The notes under the pieces: generated by a model
Seen by the model: only the letters and a program-made list of their open reading frames with translations
What the model was told of the DNA's origin: nothing
Databases searched by the model: none
In this document: positions 1 through 9,619 of the stretch, in pieces
Numbering within the stretch: position 1 is the stretch's first letter
Layout: each line of letters opens with the position of its first letter
Program-made: the position numbers and the translations under genes
IMG/VR virus record: IMGVR_UViG_3300037313_000197
Span: 32,001-96,000 of that record
Source: a virus
Reading direction: 5' to 3' (one strand)
Length of the DNA: 64,000 nt

Positions 1-8
1 TAATGACA

Positions 9-1649
9 TTACGAGGTAGTTCTCCCGTCACCCTTAGCATTTCTGCCTTCGCCCTTACTATCTGTAGCACCGGCAGTACGCTGTTGGTCACGCGTCTTGT
101 TTCCAGTAGACTTAGCCTTTTGGTCCGCCTGCTGCTGTGGCTTTAGGTCAACAACCTTATCTCCACCCTTTAGACCCGGCATACCGGCGCGAGCGCGAAC
201 CTCGTTAGGCGTTAGAACCTGCATGCGCAAGTAACGCTCATCGATCTGACTCTGAGTGTCCTCATCGGAAAGAGCAAGTTCATTCAACTTGAACTTGAAT
301 GCATCGGTCTTTGTCTTGACAACACGGTTGAACTTCTTCTCAAAAATCTTCTGTTCTGGACGGCAGACGCTTTCCTTGAAGGTCTTGTCTGCATCACGAG
401 CAGCAGCCAGAGAAACGCCATCTACCAAAGATGCCTTTGACATGGGAGTTCTGTGAGCCATGAAAATAGATGACCAGTTGATCTTGTGATAGTTACCGAA
501 TGAAGAGTCCTGCGTACCGGCCTCGACTGGCTTCATTTCGAATGACACCTTTTCGTCTTGACGATCTGGTGGCAGCGGAACGAACAGGGTACGGTGGTTG
601 TTTCCACGTAGACCTGTTTCGAAGAATTCAACGATCTGCTCCTGAGCCTGAGCACCCAACTTTCCACCCTTAACAACAACTACATAGCGAGGCACAGCCT
701 TGTTTTCGAAGTAGTCTAGGTTGAAGCGTGCAGCAAACTCGTTACCGGCCACCGCCTGAGCAGCAGCAATAACGTCAGGAATTCCATAGTATGAGTTAGT
801 TGGACTGTACTTCTTGAAGTGGATTACCTCATTTGGAGCGCTGTCATCGCCAACAGGGTCGCTGGTGTCAGTACCAAAATGCTTGAAGAAACGAACCTTG
901 TTGGTTCCGGTAATCTGAACAAATCCATCACGCAGTCTGCGAACACGCATAGAGGTTGAAGGAATGTGACCTATATAGCCTACCTCTCCATTGGCCTTGC
1001 GCCCAATCTCCATGTAAGCGTTACCTGTTGATTCGTAATCAATGTAGATATTACGTAGCGTCTCTAGGAAATCGTCTTCTTGGTGGCAGTCATCCAGCCA
1101 ATCAAACATCTGCTGGCGCATCTTGCGCAACTTCTTGTTCAACTTCTGACGCTTATCATCAGTTGTCGCCTGCTCTAGCAAGTCCTGAGTGTCTGGGGAA
1201 TCAAGGAAGTCATAGCCAAGACCTACGATGTTGGCTACCTTTACGTTGATAGCAGCAAAGTTAGCATCGTTGGCGGTGTAAAGCATTGCAAGATAGTCTA
1301 GGTTCTCGGGTGGCTGCATTACATCTAGCAACTTATAGCCAGTAAAATAGTTTGATTCTGGATCGATCTTCTTACTACCGGCCCCGTCTGCTCCCTCGTG
1401 AACCTTCTGGAAAGCACGGTATGCACGCTTCTTTGCGGTAGCAGAAAGTCCATCCATTGTCTTAAAGACTTCTGCATCCTGTGCAAATGGATCGGTGACC
1501 TTGCCCTTTACAGTGCCGCCACTGCTATAGCCGACTCTTACTCTGCTATCTACATAGTCATCGTCAATTACTCTGCCGCGAGGGTCTTCCTCTGCTACTT
1601 GACTAAAGCGCTGACCTGCAACTCTTCTCGTTCTCTTGGTATCAGCCAT
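9..1649 (-). CDS. Phage portal protein (HK97/PBSX-like)
   Basis: Portal motifs (NAYMEI, HIPSTSMRV, SYYGIP, FNLDYFENKAVP, LTPNEVRARAG); start trimmed to MADTKR, overlapping the upstream stop. Confidence 0.92.
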   Translation of the reverse strand: MADTKRTRRVAGQRFSQVAEEDPRGRVIDDDYVDSRVRVGYSSGGTVKGKVTDPFAQDAEVFKTMDGLSATAKKRAYRAFQKVHEGADGAGSKKIDPESNYFTGYKLLDVMQPPENLDYLAMLYTANDANFAAINVKVANIVGLGYDFLDSPDTQDLLEQATTDDKRQKLNKKLRKMRQQMFDWLDDCHQEDDFLETLRNIYIDYESTGNAYMEIGRKANGEVGYIGHIPSTSMRVRRLRDGFVQITGTNKVRFFKHFGTDTSDPVGDDSAPNEVIHFKKYSPTNSYYGIPDVIAAAQAVAGNEFAARFNLDYFENKAVPRYVVVVKGGKLGAQAQEQIVEFFETGLRGNNHRTLFVPLPPDRQDEKVSFEMKPVEAGTQDSSFGNYHKINWSSIFMAHRTPMSKASLVDGVSLAAARDADKTFKESVCRPEQKIFEKKFNRVVKTKTDAFKFKLNELALSDEDTQSQIDERYLRMQVLTPNEVRARAGMPGLKGGDKVVDLKPQQQADQKAKSTGNKTRDQQRTAGATDSKGEGRNAKGDGRTTS

Positions 1650-1998
1650 TTTCCTTCTTCTTTGCCTCCTTGTAATCGTCAATCAAGGAGCCCAAATCGT
1701 ACTTGTCTGGGACTAGGCCATCGCGCATGCGAGCGTTCTGCTCTTCCCATTCTGAGTCCGTAACAGGACGTGCGCCATCGATATAACGAGGACGACCGCC
1801 AACAGGCATCCCATTGTCTCTTAGAATCTGGTGGGCTACCTCACGCAAAGCAAGAATCTTTCGTGCGTCACCCTTCTTAGCGAATACACGTAGATATTCG
1901 TATTCATCATTAACGATGGCGTTACCGTTGGTGTCCTCCCAGATGTAGGCACCATAACCAATCTCATCTACAACCTGTGATCTAACCTTGTTTTCCAT
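1642..1998 (-). CDS. Hypothetical protein, probably leaderless
   Basis: 118-aa ORF abutting the portal; TGA-TACAAT lies 7 nt before the ATG. Confidence 0.75.
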   Translation of the reverse strand: MENKVRSQVVDEIGYGAYIWEDTNGNAIVNDEYEYLRVFAKKGDARKILALREVAHQILRDNGMPVGGRPRYIDGARPVTDSEWEEQNARMRDGLVPDKYDLGSLIDDYKEAKKKENG

Positions 1999-2055
1999 AG
2001 TTAGAATTGTATCATCGATTCAACTTATTGGAAAATATTAGACACGGGATGGACA

Positions 2056-3810
2056 TTATTGCTGTGGAAGTGTTGCCCAATCGGCCACAGTGAATACATA
2101 TGGGTTCACTGGTTCGGCAAATGTAACTGTGCCAACTTCTGTCACTGGCATAGTTGGGACTGTTGAATAGTTGGCGAACAACTGAGCAGCCTGAGAAGCA
2201 GTTAGAACAGTCGGGTAGTTGGCAATTAGAGCATAATCCGCTAGTTGACTTGCAGTAGCCAAGTTGATAGCGGTGTTGAATGCAGAAGCAAAGACGAATA
2301 CGATGTGCTGATCTTCGAACTTGTTTGCAGTTACCGGGGAAGTTGCTATCTGTCCATTGATATATACTGCCGATGCACCGGCCCATGCCCACTGTCCCGT
2401 TGATTCATTTAGCCATAGAAACGCTGTTCCGCCATAAGGACGAGTATCAAAAATAATACCTCCACCAGAGCCAGAGCCAGAAACAACACCCTTTGGGTTA
2501 ACCCAGAATTCAAGAGTCTGGATGCTGACAGGTGATGGGTCGGTATCCTGTGGCATGGTGATTGTTCCTCCGTATGCATGAATACCGGCCCTTAGGTTCC
2601 TTTCAATTGGTTGATTCTCTGCCAGCGATGTTGTGATATTGCCACTGATAGTAAACTTCCTAGAATCATTTCCCATTGTGTAGATGTAGTTATCTGCATA
2701 GGTTGTGATGGTCATGTTCTTTACTTCGGAGATATCATTTACTACCCCGCCAGTGAATGTAATCTTAACAAGAAGAATCTTGCCAGATGGATTAAGCCCT
2801 TGACTGGTTGGTACCAATTCGCCGTTCGAAACGGAAGCCCATGTCGTTCCACCGTCAAGGGACGTTTGTACAGTGTATGACCCATTGCCATTCCACTCGA
2901 TCTTAATGCCAGACATAGATGTAACGTCTGGGTTGTCAATAGGGTACTGACCGATCCATACACCGGCCTTAGATGCGCCTGTGTCCTGCGCTGCGAGAGG
3001 AATCAATTCTCCCGAGGTATATGACACGTCCGTAAAAGATACGCCTGCCCATGAGTCGGATGAGTTGAATACCTTCTGTTGGGAAATTCGTCTGTCTGTT
3101 CCGTCCCTAAGTACTCCACCGTATGAGCCCACATTGACTGACATGGGGACAACATCTACCATGGCCCCGTACTGTCGCTGGATTTGCTCTTCTCTTAGAG
3201 CCCAAGGATACGATGCTGGAACATCGATAATTACCTTGTCACTTGCTCCTGTTCCCTTACCGGCGTACAGTGTGCCGTCACCAGAAGAGGTATTGAATCC
3301 AGATTCCGGGTAGCCAGAAGGAACATCTGTGGTAACCACAAGTTCACCGTTAACGAACAACTTGATAGAAGTTGGCATGTAAACAGCGTGAATCAGGAAT
3401 GCATCTGGAAAGTCATCGTATTCCCACTTTGCTTCTACCGTGCCCGCACCATATATAACTCTAAAGATTACATAATCCTTTGAAATTACGATTCCATCTA
3501 GAGGCGATGATCCGAGATGCGAAAGGAGCCCAACTTCCTGAACCACAGAGGAAGATAAGGCTGCAATTGCCAAGGTGAAAGGTCTGAACTCGTTTCCAGT
3601 GACAAAGTTCTTGTCACTGAATCCATATGACAAAGTGCCAGCAGAGCCGACTACCGCCGACTTACTTGATCCTGCAACAATAGGTGCAGAGAATTTGCTA
3701 ACGGTGCCAGTGCTCGTTCCACTTGGCAAAGCAATGTCCGTGTATGCCGTTCCGACATTCTTGTACAGATTGGAAGGAATGTCTCTTAGGGCATAGTCAA
3801 TAAAGTTCAT
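2056..3810 (-). CDS. Minor structural/tail protein with LamG (concanavalin-like) domains
   Basis: Beta-rich, G/S/T-rich; TLEFWVNP...IIFDTR...HIVFVF pattern; start at MNFID just after a terminator and TGC-TATACT. Confidence 0.65.
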   Translation of the reverse strand: MNFIDYALRDIPSNLYKNVGTAYTDIALPSGTSTGTVSKFSAPIVAGSSKSAVVGSAGTLSYGFSDKNFVTGNEFRPFTLAIAALSSSVVQEVGLLSHLGSSPLDGIVISKDYVIFRVIYGAGTVEAKWEYDDFPDAFLIHAVYMPTSIKLFVNGELVVTTDVPSGYPESGFNTSSGDGTLYAGKGTGASDKVIIDVPASYPWALREEQIQRQYGAMVDVVPMSVNVGSYGGVLRDGTDRRISQQKVFNSSDSWAGVSFTDVSYTSGELIPLAAQDTGASKAGVWIGQYPIDNPDVTSMSGIKIEWNGNGSYTVQTSLDGGTTWASVSNGELVPTSQGLNPSGKILLVKITFTGGVVNDISEVKNMTITTYADNYIYTMGNDSRKFTISGNITTSLAENQPIERNLRAGIHAYGGTITMPQDTDPSPVSIQTLEFWVNPKGVVSGSGSGGGIIFDTRPYGGTAFLWLNESTGQWAWAGASAVYINGQIATSPVTANKFEDQHIVFVFASAFNTAINLATASQLADYALIANYPTVLTASQAAQLFANYSTVPTMPVTEVGTVTFAEPVNPYVFTVADWATLPQQ

Positions 3811-3830
3811 GCTGAAAGTATAGCAGATAT

Positions 3831-3860
3831 GACAAAGCCCCGGCGAACCGGGGCTTTGTC
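3831..3860 (-). terminator. Intrinsic terminator after the endolysin
   Basis: GACAAAGCCCCGG-TTCG-CCGGGGCTTTGTC perfect 13-bp stem. Confidence 0.85.
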
Positions 3861-3997
3861 TGTAACCAATAAACCAACCTAAGGATAGCGAATCCATTCT
3901 GCACTAAAAGGCGTAATCTGGACTTCGCCACTGCCAATGAAGTTCTACCACGAACTCCGACTCTCTTAGTTTAGTCCTATTGAGTTTTGTTGTCAAG

Positions 3998-5173
3998 TCA
4001 GCGGATTGACTTAAATCCAAGGTACTTTAGAAGGCCCGGACCCGGCTCAGTGGCATCCTTTGTCCATCCACCCTTAGGCTGACTTCTTACAAGCCAATTG
4101 TAATGAATCTTGGTCAAGTCCGCTGTTGCCTTTCCGTATACCCCGTCCGCTACCTGAGAACGGTTAATGCCCCACTTCTTTGCCCATGCTTCACGAGTTG
4201 TGGCGGCTGCCTTGTTCCATAGCGCTGCCTGATAACGTGCAACATCGTTTGATCTTTCAGAGCCAACCTTTAGACGTGATCTATAGATAGCATCTGATAG
4301 ATTAACAGTGATTAGGCCAGTATCAATTCTTACCGGCGCTGGTGCAGGCTTAGGAGCAGGAACCTTAATAACCTTCGCTCTGAAAGTCAGATACGCCTTG
4401 TCAGTAACCGGTCCCCAAACTCCATCTGCTGTAACGCCAAGGATTCTCTGAATGTCTACAACCTTGTTCTTCACACATGCAGCGGTTGCCGGACCCCAGA
4501 TACCATCCTGATATGCTCCAACATACTTTTGAACCAACTTTTTGTCAGTTACAGAAACAGAATTGAACCATGTAGCACCGCGCTGACTTGCCGCCTTGAT
4601 CCTCCACATTGCACCATCTGTCCATGATCCCCAAACTCCATCGGCAGTCAATCCAACTTCCTTCTGGATCAACTGAACCTTTACGTAGTCAGAAACCGCA
4701 GCACCGATGTTTAGGATGGACTGCTTCCACTTCTCAAACGTAGTGTTGATGACTCCACTGATTCTTAGGTTAGAAACTAGACCATCTCTACCGGCGAGGT
4801 ATGAGTTAATCTGGTTTGCAGCAATCCTTGGAAGACCCTGTGTACCGATAACAATAATGTGAACATGGTAGTTGTTTGCCCATGGACGGAACCACGCTGC
4901 TCCACCGCGCTCACGACAAATCTTTTCCAGCAACTTATATCCATCGGTATTTCTACGTGCTGGATCGGCTGGCTTAAGGTCTAGAGCACCCGGACCATCG
5001 TGGGTACCCGCAGAAGCGCTCACAGTCTTATTGTAAGAGCCCTGAATAATAACCACGCCTCCCGGCATAGCCTTGTTTACTTCATCGAAGTAGAGAGCCG
5101 TACGAACGTCTAGCGTCCAGCCCTGTCGCTTGGTGACCTCTAGTGTCACTCCATTGAATGTGATTGTTGCCAT
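3998..5173 (-). CDS. Endolysin: M15-like Zn peptidase plus peptidoglycan-binding repeats
   Basis: SAGTHDGPGALD and HVH metal motifs; repeated DG(V/I)WG PGBD-like repeats. Confidence 0.85.
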   Translation of the reverse strand: MATITFNGVTLEVTKRQGWTLDVRTALYFDEVNKAMPGGVVIIQGSYNKTVSASAGTHDGPGALDLKPADPARRNTDGYKLLEKICRERGGAAWFRPWANNYHVHIIVIGTQGLPRIAANQINSYLAGRDGLVSNLRISGVINTTFEKWKQSILNIGAAVSDYVKVQLIQKEVGLTADGVWGSWTDGAMWRIKAASQRGATWFNSVSVTDKKLVQKYVGAYQDGIWGPATAACVKNKVVDIQRILGVTADGVWGPVTDKAYLTFRAKVIKVPAPKPAPAPVRIDTGLITVNLSDAIYRSRLKVGSERSNDVARYQAALWNKAAATTREAWAKKWGINRSQVADGVYGKATADLTKIHYNWLVRSQPKGGWTKDATEPGPGLLKYLGFKSIR

Positions 5174-5224
5174 AACTTTAGTATAACACCCTCCTTTGTT
5201 AAATTATTGCATATTTAGAGGGTA

Positions 5225-5257
5225 AAGCAAAAGCGCCCCCGAAGGAGCGCTTTGCTT
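5225..5257 (-). terminator. Terminator after RNR
   Basis: AAGCAAAGCGC...GCGCTTTTGCTT hairpin (one bulge) with TTCG in the loop, at the RNR stop. Confidence 0.7.
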
Positions 5258-7175
5258 ACTTAATTAGATCAACTACGTCGCACACCCCTGCTGTGCACGC
5301 AAGAGTTTGTGATCCGGTTGTGGTGTCCTCAGCCTCATAAACAGGAAGCCATTCCCATTCTAGAACCTCTGGCATTTCTGCCTTTGCTGCTAGATATGTT
5401 GCTTCATCTACAGTCTGGAATGGGGCCTGCTTGTAAACGTGATCCGTGTGAGGAAGGAAGGAAATTCCAGTAATAAGATCAAAGTGTTCGAACACCCAAT
5501 TTCCTACCTCTTCCCACTCCTCTTCCTTCACTGAAACAGTAACCGATGGAGAGTGCTCTGTCCAATACATCTTGAAGTCAAGCCAGTTCTCCAACTGCTC
5601 AATTGCATTCTGGTCGTTTCTCGTGATAGCACCCTCGGGAGCCTTGAATGGGAACGAGAAGACAACTGCCTTTGGATTCATAACGTCTTGCTCCATTGGA
5701 ACACCGGCGTCCTCCATGAATCGAGCAATAGGATCGTTCTTGTCACAACGAACGGTACGAATGTAGAAATCGTCATGCCATGCGTGCATTCCAGAGGAGG
5801 TATTCGTTAGGGTGGAAACGGTACCTGACGGCTTTACTGTAGTAATTGCCGCTGCTGGGTTAATGCCTAGTCGGCGTGCTTCCTTCTTATTCGTAGCAAC
5901 TGCAACCTTCTTAAGTTCAGTAAGCCACTTCTTACGCTCGTCACGACCAGAACGACCATTCAGAACGGGATGGCCCATCTGACCAGTCATCGAAACACCA
6001 AGTAGGCGCTCCTCTTCTGCGTTCTTCTTCCACTCATCACGAAGATATGGGAAGTTGACTAGCGTTGACTGCCATGTTCCGATAAGAGTTGCCCAGCGAA
6101 CCTTTTCCTTCAAATCCTCTAGGGTATCTGTGTCACGAACGATAATCTCTGTTAGGTTACAGAATCCCATAGAACGGAGAAGAATCTCTGCACAAGGGTT
6201 TGTTCCCATAATCTGAGAGGCATCACGGCGCTCTGGAACGTGTGCACGTGCACCGGCCAGATTGAAGATTCCACGCTCGCCCGAACCAGAAGCAACTAGC
6301 GCTGCCCACTCACGGTCAAACTCAGAACGGCTAGGCTTTGAGTTATAAACTGCTGAGTTGTTGGAAAGTGCGCGGTGCGGATAGTCATTCCACCATTCAC
6401 CGGACTTTGCATCACGGATATCTTCATCAGTTAGAGAAGAAAGAGAAATCAAAGCGGAGCGACGAACACCACCTACAACAACTACCGAGCCGATCTTGCA
6501 CATAGTATCGTGAACTTCAATAGGCTTTAGTTTACGCCCACGTGCACCCGCGACCATAGCCACTGTGAACTCAAACAGTTCATTCAAAGGCTCGGGTCCA
6601 GACGAACGTCCACCGAATGTCTTTAGTCGTGCACCCTCTGGACGAAGTTGGCGCAAGTCCCACTTTGGTAGTTCGCCACGGAATAGGCTTTCGATCAACT
6701 CACGATATGCTCGTGCCCAACCTTCCTTGGAGTCCTCAACAACAATTACCTTGTCTACCGGCGTAATCTCGGCGGGTACTTCTGGTAGATAACGTACGTG
6801 CTTCTTCTCAGCGCTAAAGCCTAGGCCGGTACCGCACATAAGAATGTACAAAGCCTCATCAAAAGCACGAAGGTCATCTACAGCGATGAAGGAGCAGTTA
6901 TAACCTGCAACGTTGCTACGCTCTAGCGCCTCCCCCGAGGTCATAATCGCACGCATTGACGGCATTATCTCGTGGTTCAAAATCTTGTTTACTAGTTCGC
7001 CCTTCATCTCGGGGGCCAGTCCTACCTTTGGCGCGAAGAAGTCCGCGTATCGGTTAACTGTCTCTTCCCATGTCTCTCGACGGTTGTACTCTGGAATCCA
7101 GCGGGCGTATCTGGACTTTGAGATAAATGACCTGAACGGGTCTGTCAGATCACCATTGTGAATAAATCCCTGCAT
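5256..7175 (-). CDS. nrdJ: Class II (B12-dependent) ribonucleotide reductase
   Basis: YNCSF, GTNPCAEI, FCNL, TVKPSGT, C-terminal CTAGVC; 639 aa; no beta subunit nearby. Confidence 0.93.
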   Translation of the reverse strand: MQGFIHNGDLTDPFRSFISKSRYARWIPEYNRRETWEETVNRYADFFAPKVGLAPEMKGELVNKILNHEIMPSMRAIMTSGEALERSNVAGYNCSFIAVDDLRAFDEALYILMCGTGLGFSAEKKHVRYLPEVPAEITPVDKVIVVEDSKEGWARAYRELIESLFRGELPKWDLRQLRPEGARLKTFGGRSSGPEPLNELFEFTVAMVAGARGRKLKPIEVHDTMCKIGSVVVVGGVRRSALISLSSLTDEDIRDAKSGEWWNDYPHRALSNNSAVYNSKPSRSEFDREWAALVASGSGERGIFNLAGARAHVPERRDASQIMGTNPCAEILLRSMGFCNLTEIIVRDTDTLEDLKEKVRWATLIGTWQSTLVNFPYLRDEWKKNAEEERLLGVSMTGQMGHPVLNGRSGRDERKKWLTELKKVAVATNKKEARRLGINPAAAITTVKPSGTVSTLTNTSSGMHAWHDDFYIRTVRCDKNDPIARFMEDAGVPMEQDVMNPKAVVFSFPFKAPEGAITRNDQNAIEQLENWLDFKMYWTEHSPSVTVSVKEEEWEEVGNWVFEHFDLITGISFLPHTDHVYKQAPFQTVDEATYLAAKAEMPEVLEWEWLPVYEAEDTTTGSQTLACTAGVCDVVDLIK

Positions 7176-7249
7176 AGGTTTGTCATGTCTCCTTCTTAAA
7201 AATTTGGTTCTTCAATCGTACACCCCGCCCCGTTCTAGGCCAGAAAGTT

Positions 7250-8242
7250 TTAACTAAATTTCTTCACGATATGGTCGAATGCCTCGGCGGTCAACTTGTC
7301 CCAATCGTACTCGTTGTGGATGAAAAAAGCGTTTCTATACGCTACACCGGCGAGCCTGTGATAGTCCTCGTCCAGACGCTTGAAACTCTCCACAAGAGAG
7401 TCGTAGTCTGGCTTGAACATCTTGCCGGGATGCTCCGCTCCGAAGGGTGAGTCTACAAGACTACTCTCCATCCTGAGTTCTGGCAAGATGAACCTTTCAT
7501 ACGGTGCCCACGCACCGGGGACGATGGTGGGAAGGCCGGTAGCCATAGCCTCTAGAGGAATAAATCCAAATCCTTCTCCCCAAGATGGATAAACAAGAGC
7601 ATGGTGACGATGCATTAGAAATACCATCTCCGCGGTGTTGTAATCGTTATAAACAGTAGTTACATTCTTGTTCAATTCATGAGGAAGACCAACAATCTGA
7701 CTATCCTTGTAAACACGAATATTAGAACGATTCCATGCCTTGATGGTCAAATGAACATCTGTTCTATCTCCAAATACGTCCTTGAAAGCATCAAAGGCCA
7801 TCTGACCACCTTTTCTAGATGCAGGTTCTCCGATATGAAGAATGCGCAAGACTTCACCACGAGTACGTCTTTGTGGAGACCATACTTTATCAATACCGTG
7901 TTCGTAGGTACACAAAGGCTTTTCTACACCGGCCTGCTTATACCAATACTTAATCAAAGGAGAGGTAGTCCATACCTCATCACAGTTATTGTTAAAGGCT
8001 TCTAACCAACCATCTCTTAGTTCTGTAGATTCCCAAGGGGTGTACTGAATATGATAAGCAAGAGGATTAGACCATTCACTAAAGTCAGGCATACACATAG
8101 CGATTTCTACAGGAGCATCCCTGTCCTTGAAATAAACCTCGTGACCTAATCTCTGCAAAGAGGTAACGATGTTATATCCAGCAACTCCATAACCTGTGTT
8201 TAGGTTAAGATTACCTGGGTTTGTACTAAAACTAATTCTCAT
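7250..8242 (-). CDS. Glycosyltransferase, GT-B / family 4
   Basis: YPSWGEGFGFIPLEAMATGLP signature; start trimmed to MRISF. Confidence 0.9.
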   Translation of the reverse strand: MRISFSTNPGNLNLNTGYGVAGYNIVTSLQRLGHEVYFKDRDAPVEIAMCMPDFSEWSNPLAYHIQYTPWESTELRDGWLEAFNNNCDEVWTTSPLIKYWYKQAGVEKPLCTYEHGIDKVWSPQRRTRGEVLRILHIGEPASRKGGQMAFDAFKDVFGDRTDVHLTIKAWNRSNIRVYKDSQIVGLPHELNKNVTTVYNDYNTAEMVFLMHRHHALVYPSWGEGFGFIPLEAMATGLPTIVPGAWAPYERFILPELRMESSLVDSPFGAEHPGKMFKPDYDSLVESFKRLDEDYHRLAGVAYRNAFFIHNEYDWDKLTAEAFDHIVKKFS

Positions 8243-8266
8243 ATTTCTTTGTCTCTTCCTTTTGGG

Positions 8267-8520
8267 CATAGGCGTACCCTATAAGTAAATAGCCTAGAGG
8301 TCGCTAACGCTTTTGTGCGCTTAGGAGCAGGAATAGCCATTATGTGCTCCGGTTTCCACCACGCCGGTTGTTCGAATTACCGGCCCGCCTATGATCGAGG
8401 ATATAGGAAAACCCCGACCAGAGCGGCATCTCTATATGGTCGGGGTTTTCCTGTTTCGCTTCACCTTGTCGGGTGTAAATTTGTGGAGTCCCAAGAAGTG
8501 ATGCCGCACTTCGAACTACC
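8267..8520 (-). ncRNA. Structured 5' leader / candidate cis-regulatory RNA
   Basis: Several perfect helices, a 15-bp hairpin, and complementary loops CGGCAT/ATGCCG. Confidence 0.55.
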
Positions 8521-8524
8521 TACA

Positions 8525-8585
8525 AGTATAACAGTAAGTCATGGGGAGGTCAAGTCTTGACTCTCAAAACCCTGTCCTGTAGTCT
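8525..8585. promoter_or_regulatory. Back-to-back divergent sigma70-type promoters
   Basis: Minus: TTGACC-N17-TATACT (8553-8525); plus: TTGACT-N17-TAGTCT (8557-8585). Confidence 0.75.
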
Positions 8586-8737
8586 CTCGGTGTTCGCCCA
8601 GATGGGCCGGTGAGCACGAGGTTACCGCATAAAATCTCCTAGGTCAACACTCTTGACACCGTATTTTTGAACAGATATTATAGGAGTGTGCCCGAGCATG
8701 CACTCAGAACTGCTCGTTAACCTAAGGAGTTAAATAT

Positions 8738-8917
8738 ATGTCGAAGGCTACCCTTCTTAACGTGCGCGAGGCTGCACAGTACCGTGGAATTACCGAGCGT
8801 CAGGTCCAGCGTCTTGCTTCTGCTGGTCTCTTCCCCGTTGCAGACGTGGGTGCTCGCAATGCTCTATTCTTCAAGAAGAGCGAGATTCGTTACGCCCCTG
8901 TTTCCCTAAAGGGCTGA
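8738..8917 (+). CDS. Excisionase-like HTH DNA-binding protein (59 aa, below the ORF-track cutoff)
   Basis: MSKATLLNVREAAQYRGITERQVQRLASAGLFP; AAGGAG RBS. Confidence 0.8.
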   Translation: MSKATLLNVREAAQYRGITERQVQRLASAGLFPVADVGARNALFFKKSEIRYAPVSLKG

Positions 8918-9127
8918 GTTTTGAGTGCTGGGTATCACTTCTAAAAACTGCCCATCCATCACAAGGAGGAATCATGGACAGTTATGACAGAGCAGTAGTA
9001 ATTATAGCGGTGACCTTTCTTTGGCTCATTGCTCTCATTGCCGCGCCCGGTGTCACATTCTTTTTTACCGTCCTTGTCATCATTGTTGGTGGAGCACTAA
9101 TGACTAGTGGAGGCGGTGATGGAAGAA

Positions 9128-9349
9128 ATGGCAGAAGATAATCTGTTCATAACATTCCATAGATACAAGAGACTTGTAGAGGATGGAAAGGCCAGAGCCA
9201 TTCGGTGTCCAAATGATAATAGCGTTGTAATTATTGGACATGATGACGGAGAACTGAGACTAGTTTGCTACGTTTGCAATATTCGCGTAACACCCGGCCT
9301 TTCTCTTATTCAGCAGGTTCAGGCGGTAGTTAAGGAGCACTATCTCTAA
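9128..9349 (+). CDS. Hypothetical Zn-ribbon protein
   Basis: CPND...CYVC. Confidence 0.65.
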   Translation: MAEDNLFITFHRYKRLVEDGKARAIRCPNDNSVVIIGHDDGELRLVCYVCNIRVTPGLSLIQQVQAVVKEHYL

Positions 9350-9439
9350 TGTTCTATTGGATTTCACGATTCTTTGACCATGTTTCCAATATTTTATATC
9401 CAAACGATATTACAGATGAGTTCTGGGATAAGGACGAAA

Positions 9440-9619
9440 ATGATGCTGAATGAACTGCTAGAGCGTCTAGAAAAGGCTCGTTTTGCCCTAATCAAGTTGA
9501 AGAGCGAGGCTGCTCTTTATAACGAGTCAGAGGAAACAAGATTGGCCGGTAAGTTAGAGGGAGTCTCCCTTGCCATTTCATACTTAAGAGAGTACGAAAG
9601 ATTTAATGACGGAAATTGA
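9440..9619 (+). CDS. Hypothetical protein
   Basis: ORF in a tight operon, overlapping the thyX start. Confidence 0.6.
   Translation: MMLNELLERLEKARFALIKLKSEAALYNESEETRLAGKLEGVSLAISYLREYERFNDGN

Noticed and set aside
1-8. Start of the next gene (possibly the prohead protease)
   Set aside because: Only an ATG and two codons are inside the window
8267-8520. Cobalamin riboswitch ahead of the class II RNR
   Set aside because: I could not find the B12-box or other conserved cobalamin riboswitch motifs; kept only as an unknown structured leader
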